Below are positions 59,475 to 64,000 of a stretch of DNA of 64,000 nucleotides, piece after piece. How positions within the stretch are numbered: position 1 is the stretch's first letter; the number at the start of each line of letters is the position of its first letter. The notes beneath the pieces are model-generated. The model did no database searches. It saw only the letters and a program-made list of their open reading frames with translations, and was not told where the DNA came from. The stretch lies in contig CAINRS010000057.1 of the NCBI GenBank assembly GCA_903852755.1, positions 505 to 64,504 of the forward strand. Reading direction: 5' to 3'. A program made the translations under genes and the position numbers. Source of the stretch: an uncultured Actinomycetes bacterium. Lineage in GTDB: Bacteria > Actinomycetota > Acidimicrobiia > Acidimicrobiales > Microtrichaceae.

Positions 59475-60833
59475 TCACTTCCGCCGCCGGCTGCGGACCG
59501 GTTGCGGTGCTGCGTACAGGTCGGCGAGCGCCGAGATGGCCTTGGCCACCCCTGATCGGGGGGCGTGGGTCACGACGGGTTCGCCGCGGTTGACGGACTG
59601 CGGCACGACGACGTCGGAGGGGATCATGGCGTGTGCCTCGAACTGGAGGGCCCGCTCCACCTCCGACACGTCGAGCTTGACCTTGCTGTCGGCTCGGTTG
59701 AGCACGAGGTGCAGCCGCTCCTCCGGCAGGTCGAGCAGCCGGAGGGTCTGCAGGGTGACCTTGAGGTTCTTGACGCTGGGGATGTCGAGTCCGGCGACCA
59801 GCTCGATGCTGTCGGACTCGTCGAGGACGCTGAGCACCACGTCGTCGAGGTGCGAGGGGGTGTCCACGACGACGTACTCGCACATCTCCCGCAGGATCCC
59901 GATGATCCGCACGAGGTCCCGGGCCCCCACCTGGTCGGCGTAGGCGGGCTCGAGCGGCGCCGGGAGGACGCGCAGACCGGAGCGCTCGTGGGTCACGAGC
60001 ATCGAGTCGAGCATCGCCGCGTCGAGGCGGTCGATCGAGGCGACGGCGTCGACCACCGTGTGGTGCGGGGCGAGCTTCAGCGTCACGGCGACGTCACCGA
60101 ACTGCAGGTCGGCGTCGACGATGCACACCGGCCGGGACGAGCGCTCGGCGAGCGCCACCGCGAGCGACGTGGCCAGGACCGTCGTCCCGGTACCACCCTT
60201 GGGCGAGAAGACGGTGATGACCGAGCCGCGAGTGTGCTCCGACGCACCGTCCGGCACCGGCGTGTCCGTCGACGGAGCCCCGGCGCCGGTTGCCGGGGCG
60301 ACCGGCACGGCGTGCTCCACCGCCTGCGACACCCGCTGGACGGCCTCGGCGAGCGTCGCCGGTCCGGCGTGCACGGCGACGACGTCACGGACGCCGGCAC
60401 GGAGCGCCTCCTGGAGCAGGGCCGTCGTCACCTGGTCGGTGACGAGGATGCACCCCACCATCGGGTAGCGGGCCACGAGCTCGGCGACTCCGGCGAACGA
60501 GACCGGATCTGCGCACGACGGGCCGAGCAGGGCCACGACGGGCGCTGCCCCGGTCAGGCGGGCGGTGAGCTCTGCGACCGACTCGAACGAGGACGCCTCA
60601 CCACCGAGCTGCTCGATGAGGTCGGCCCGGGCGGCCGGTGACGGGTCCACCACGGCGAGGGAGGAGTTGATCATCTGGCGGACCGTCACGACCGGCGCGG
60701 TCGGGCCCACGGGAACGGCCGGCGACTCCGGGGCGAGCGACCGGAGGTCGGTGGTCGGCTCGACCACCGGTGCCGGGTCCACCACCTCGGGCTCCACGGG
60801 GCCGAGGTCCTCAGGTGCCACGACCCAACTCAC
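59475..60833 (-). CDS. cpaE: CpaE/TadZ-like pilus localisation protein (receiver-like N domain plus ParA/MinD-type ATPase)
   Basis: Deviant Walker A VFSPKGGTGTTVLATSLA. The N-terminal domain is CheY-like (VALLGPS...ILVTD). GTGA overlap with the cpaB stop. Confidence 0.85.
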   Translation of the reverse strand: MSWVVAPEDLGPVEPEVVDPAPVVEPTTDLRSLAPESPAVPVGPTAPVVTVRQMINSSLAVVDPSPAARADLIEQLGGEASSFESVAELTARLTGAAPVVALLGPSCADPVSFAGVAELVARYPMVGCILVTDQVTTALLQEALRAGVRDVVAVHAGPATLAEAVQRVSQAVEHAVPVAPATGAGAPSTDTPVPDGASEHTRGSVITVFSPKGGTGTTVLATSLAVALAERSSRPVCIVDADLQFGDVAVTLKLAPHHTVVDAVASIDRLDAAMLDSMLVTHERSGLRVLPAPLEPAYADQVGARDLVRIIGILREMCEYVVVDTPSHLDDVVLSVLDESDSIELVAGLDIPSVKNLKVTLQTLRLLDLPEERLHLVLNRADSKVKLDVSEVERALQFEAHAMIPSDVVVPQSVNRGEPVVTHAPRSGVAKAISALADLYAAPQPVRSRRRK

Positions 60834-61744
60834 TGCCCGCCGGTCCCCGTGGTGGCCAGATCCGAATCGCTCGACGTGCCGGCCTCACCCGGGAGGCTCG
60901 GGATGTCGGTCACGAACGGGATCGGCGCCGGCTGGTAACCCGTCGGGTTGAGCGTCAGGTACAGGTTGCCCGGCGGGATCGAGAGCAGGAGCGCGGCCTC
61001 GGCCGGCTGGAGCTCGAAGGTGAACAACCGCTCGTTGCCGGCCGGCACCGTGGTCTCGGTCGGCTCGGCGTCGGACGGCGCCTCGGCGGCGACGGGCTGG
61101 CCGAAGCGGTCGCCGACGGCGATCACCTTGACGGACTGGAACAGGGCGCGGGCCGGGCGCTGGCTGAGCGGGGTCCCCCCGCTGGCGTTGATCTGACAGG
61201 GGCCCACCGGAGCGGTGGACGACGTCCCGCCGGCGGCTCCGGCGCAGTCGACCATGGCGAAGACGTTGACCTTGTCGCCGACCTCGATCAGCCCCCCGAG
61301 GCTGGCCGCCTCGTCGAGCTGGACCGACACGGCGACGTAGCCGGGGGTGATCTCGTTGGTGTTGGACGACTCCGCGACCGAGTCCGTCTCGAACATCGCC
61401 GTGGTGAGGATCTCGCCACCGCTGAGCTCGAGCGCGGCCCGCTGGCCCTGGATGTCGGCGAGGCGACGCACGGCGCCCTGGGGCACCTCCTGCTGGGGGC
61501 GCTCGGCCATGGCGATCCGCCCGGCGCCGATGGCGGCGTCCGCAGCGACGCCGGCCGGGAGCGGCCCGGTTGCGACGGCGACCTCGACGAGCGTGTCGGC
61601 GGCCGCGGCCCGACGCTCGACCCCTTGGACGTAGCGCAGCAGGAGCAGCCCGGCCAACGCCGCCACCACGACCGCACCCACCAGCGTCACGGTTCGTCGC
61701 GAACCCACCTGCCTCACTCCGATCCCGGCCCGGCGGGCCGTCAC
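60830..61744 (-). CDS. cpaB: Flp pilus assembly protein CpaB/RcpC (SAF domain)
   Basis: 304 aa. N-terminal TM segment (LVGAVVVAALAGLLLL), then a SAF-like region (VAVATGPLPAGVAA) and an RcpC-like region (GYVAVSVQLDEAASLGGLIEVGDKVNVFA). The start may be an internal GTG. Confidence 0.8.
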   Translation of the reverse strand: MTARRAGIGVRQVGSRRTVTLVGAVVVAALAGLLLLRYVQGVERRAAAADTLVEVAVATGPLPAGVAADAAIGAGRIAMAERPQQEVPQGAVRRLADIQGQRAALELSGGEILTTAMFETDSVAESSNTNEITPGYVAVSVQLDEAASLGGLIEVGDKVNVFAMVDCAGAAGGTSSTAPVGPCQINASGGTPLSQRPARALFQSVKVIAVGDRFGQPVAAEAPSDAEPTETTVPAGNERLFTFELQPAEAALLLSIPPGNLYLTLNPTGYQPAPIPFVTDIPSLPGEAGTSSDSDLATTGTGGQ

Positions 61745-61829
61745 CGATAGGTCATTCGGCCTGTTCGCGGTGGACCTTGACCCTTCAGGAGGGGGATTTT
61801 CCGGATCCGGTGGCCCGGATCACGCCGGC

Positions 61830-63197
61830 TCAGCCCTCGCCGGCGTCCTCGACGCTCGCCCCGTCGGCCTCGTCGGACCCCTCAGCGGCCGCATCGTCAG
61901 CGGCGTCGTCCGCCGACTCGGCCGTGGCCTCGTAGACGCCCTCCCAGGCGGCCTGGGCCTCGGTGGGCTCGCCGTCGGCCTCGAAGTCGGTGACCGGTCC
62001 CAGGTAGTTGCCCTCGGCGTCGTAGTTGTGTTCGCCGAAGTGCTCCTGGAACTCCGCCGCAACGGTGCCACCCTCGGCGGCCTGCTTGATGGACAGGCTG
62101 ATCCTGCGTCGATCGACGTCGAGGTCGATGATCTTGACCCAGAGCTCCTCGCCCGGGGTGACGACCTGCTCGGGCAGGTCCACGTGGTGGGCCGACATCT
62201 CCGAGATGTGCACCAGGCCCTCGATGCCGTCACCCACCTGGATGAACGCGCCGAAGGGCACCAGCTTGGTGACCCGGCCGTAGACGAGTTCGTCGACGGC
62301 GTGCGTCGAGGCGAACTCCTGCCACGGATCCTGCTGGGTCGCCTTGAGCGACAGCGAGATGCGCTCACGGTCGAGATCGACCTCGAGCACCTCGACGTCC
62401 ACCTCGTCGCCGACGGCGACGACGGAACCCGGGTGGTCGATGTGCTTCCAGGACAGCTCCGACACGTGGATGAGGCCGTCCATCCCGCCCAGGTCGACGA
62501 AGGCGCCGAAGTTGACCACGCTCGACACGACACCGCGGCGGCGCTCCCCCGGCTTGAGGTTGGTCAGGAACTCGTCGCGCTGCTCCTTCTGGGTCTCCTC
62601 GAGCCACGCCCGGCGGGACAGCACGACGTTGTTGCGGTTCTTGTCGAGCTCGATGATCTTCGCCTCGATCACCTTGCCGATGTACGGCTGCAGGTCGCGG
62701 ACCCGACGGAGCTCGACGAGCGACGCCGGCAGGAAGCCGCGCAGCCCGATGTCGACGATCAGGCCACCCTTGACGACCTCGATCACCGGGCCCTGCACCA
62801 TCTCGCCGCGCTCCTTGCGCTCCTCGATGTCGCCCCAGGCCCGCTCGTACTGCGCCCGCTTCTTGGACAGCACCAGACGGCCGTCCTTGTCCTCCTTCTG
62901 GAGGACGAGCGCCTCGACGCTCTCACCCAGGTCGACGACCTCGCTCGGGTCGACGTCATTGCGGATGGAGAGCTCCTTGACCGGGATGACACCCTCGGAC
63001 TTGAAGCCGATGTCGAGGAGCACCTCGTCGCGGTCGATCTTGACGACCGTCCCCGTGACCAGCTCGCCGTCCTCGACCGAGACCATCGTCGCGGCGTAGG
63101 CCTCGTCGAGGGTCATGCCCCCGAGGTCGTCGTCGATGATCTGTCGGGGGACGTAGTCGTCGGCGTCGATCGTGGGGGTGCTGGTCTGGTCGGACAA
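61830..63197 (-). CDS. rpsA: 30S ribosomal protein S1
   Basis: Four or more S1 repeats (GTVVKIDRDEVLLDIGFKSEGVIP, GPVIEVVKGGLIVDIGLRGFLPAS, GVVSSVVNFGAFVDLGGMDGLIHVSE, GRVTKLVPFGAFIQVGDGIEGLVHISE). Acidic C-terminal tail. The annotated start is TTG 63197, which is uncertain. Confidence 0.93.
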   Translation of the reverse strand: MSDQTSTPTIDADDYVPRQIIDDDLGGMTLDEAYAATMVSVEDGELVTGTVVKIDRDEVLLDIGFKSEGVIPVKELSIRNDVDPSEVVDLGESVEALVLQKEDKDGRLVLSKKRAQYERAWGDIEERKERGEMVQGPVIEVVKGGLIVDIGLRGFLPASLVELRRVRDLQPYIGKVIEAKIIELDKNRNNVVLSRRAWLEETQKEQRDEFLTNLKPGERRRGVVSSVVNFGAFVDLGGMDGLIHVSELSWKHIDHPGSVVAVGDEVDVEVLEVDLDRERISLSLKATQQDPWQEFASTHAVDELVYGRVTKLVPFGAFIQVGDGIEGLVHISEMSAHHVDLPEQVVTPGEELWVKIIDLDVDRRRISLSIKQAAEGGTVAAEFQEHFGEHNYDAEGNYLGPVTDFEADGEPTEAQAAWEGVYEATAESADDAADDAAAEGSDEADGASVEDAGEG

Positions 63198-63236
63198 GGG
63201 GAACTCTTCACGCTCGGGGACAGGGACCCTGCGAGG

Positions 63237-64000
63237 CTAGCCGAGACGCTGATCCTCAGGAAATGCGGGATCGGGGCCCGGACGACGGGCGAGGAGGAGG
63301 AACTCCTGGTCGTCGAGGCCGGGGGCGGCGGTCGAGTAGGCCCCGGGGGCGACCGAGTGGATCGCCTCGACCGTCAGCCCGACCCGGTCGGCGAGCAGCC
63401 GGAGTTCCCGGGGCGTGTAGCACGTCGTCCACAGGTCCGCCGGAACCGACCGACCCTCCGGATCCCGCACCTCCGTCCGCTCGTGGTTGACACCCCCCGA
63501 GGCGTCGAAGTCGTCCGTCTCCTCGAGCCAGCGCACCTGGAAGTACGCCGAGAACGCGCTCACCGCCAGTCGACCGCCGGGCCGCAACAACGCCCGCACC
63601 CCCCGGAGCACGGCGTCGTCGGCGGCGAGGTGCTGCGGATCGTCCGGGCCGACCGGCCCGCCCAGGCCGAACGCCCCCTGGCACAGCGAGATGGCCGCGT
63701 CGAAGTGCCCTGCGTCCGGACCGACGGCGACCGGACCGGTGAGTCCCAGGGCAGCGGGGTCCAGCCGCCGGGCGTCGTGGCGGACGAAGCGCACCCGGTC
63801 GGCGAGCCCGGCCGCCGCGGCGAGCCGGCTCCCGACCTCGACGAACCGCTCGCTGACGTCGACGCCCACCACGTCGGCGCCGCGCCGGGCGAGTTCGAGC
63901 GCGTGTCGTCCCGGACCGCAGCCGACGTCGAGGACCCGGCTGCCGGGCGCCAGGCCGAGCGCCGACCAGAGGAAGTCGACCTCCTGTCCGGTGCCCTTGG
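63237..64000 (-). CDS. class I SAM-dependent methyltransferase (N-terminus runs off the window end)
   Basis: The frame stays open upstream of the tracked ORF 63237..63872 up to position 64000. My translation of 63873-63998 gives KGTGQEVDFLWSALGLAPGSRVLDVGCGPGRHALELARRGADV, which contains SAM motif I. Confidence 0.8.
   Translation of the reverse strand, partial: KGTGQEVDFLWSALGLAPGSRVLDVGCGPGRHALELARRGADVVGVDVSERFVEVGSRLAAAAGLADRVRFVRHDARRLDPAALGLTGPVAVGPDAGHFDAAISLCQGAFGLGGPVGPDDPQHLAADDAVLRGVRALLRPGGRLAVSAFSAYFQVRWLEETDDFDASGGVNHERTEVRDPEGRSVPADLWTTCYTPRELRLLADRVGLTVEAIHSVAPGAYSTAAPGLDDQEFLLLARRPGPDPAFPEDQRLG

Noticed and set aside
61804-61821. Inverted repeat GATCCGG-TGGC-CCGGATC 9 nt downstream of the rpsA stop, considered as an intrinsic terminator
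   Set aside because: On the transcribed (minus) strand the 7-bp stem is followed by GGAAAAUCCCCC, not a U-tract. The T-run lies on the wrong side. It could still be a weak actinobacterial terminator or part of the cpaB promoter, but the support is too thin to annotate.

Overview
The window is 64 kb of roughly 70% GC DNA that looks actinobacterial: GTG starts are frequent, many adjacent genes share GTGA or ATGA stop/start overlaps, and several promoters look leaderless. No database search was possible, so all product names come from motif recognition in the supplied translations. I resolve about 58 protein genes, one tRNA-Val(CAC) and one likely pseudogene. Many long ORFs in the track are Arg/Pro/Gly-rich shadow frames lying opposite real genes.

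**Gene content**
- **1-48.3 kb, lipid/steroid-type CoA-thioester catabolic supercluster:**
  - 6 acyl-CoA dehydrogenases, including one FadE26/27-like pair
  - 4 enoyl-CoA hydratases
  - 6 thiolase-fold proteins and 4 DUF35 OB-fold/Zn-ribbon modules
  - 2 MaoC hotdog proteins, 2 MFE-2-like SDRs and 3 acyl-CoA ligases
  - a fused CoA-transferase, an aldehyde dehydrogenase and a GMC oxidoreductase pair
  - a P450 plus ferredoxin, a sulfotransferase and two DUF1214-like paralogs
  - one TetR regulator
  - a Liv-type ABC importer co-transcribed with ADH, VOC and LLM genes
- **15.3-17.4 kb:** a DUF222/HNH gene and a decayed DHFR-like gene interrupt the cluster.
- **48.4-64 kb, housekeeping and envelope genes:**
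  - tRNA-Val, a J-domain membrane protein and an MFS transporter
  - murF, a DUF2269-like protein and ddl
  - a Tad/Flp pilus core (cpaB-cpaE-cpaF-tadB-tadC)
  - rpsA and a truncated methyltransferase

**Main findings**
- **Shared operator:** an 18-bp dyad, (A/C)CTGAC-N6-GTCAGG, occurs 11 times. Every copy sits at an intergenic promoter or gene boundary, usually abutting a TANNNT -10 box. This ties about 41 kb into one putative TetR-type regulon. It does not match the KstR or KstR2 operators as I recall them.
- **Other observations:**
  - an HMG-CoA-synthase-fold protein that appears to lack its catalytic residues, fused to DUF35 and coupled to a thiolase
  - tandem arrays of operator half-sites that duplicate gene 3' ends
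  - 9-bp tandem repeats at coupled gene junctions
  - a TadB carrying a secreted N-terminal domain of about 330 aa
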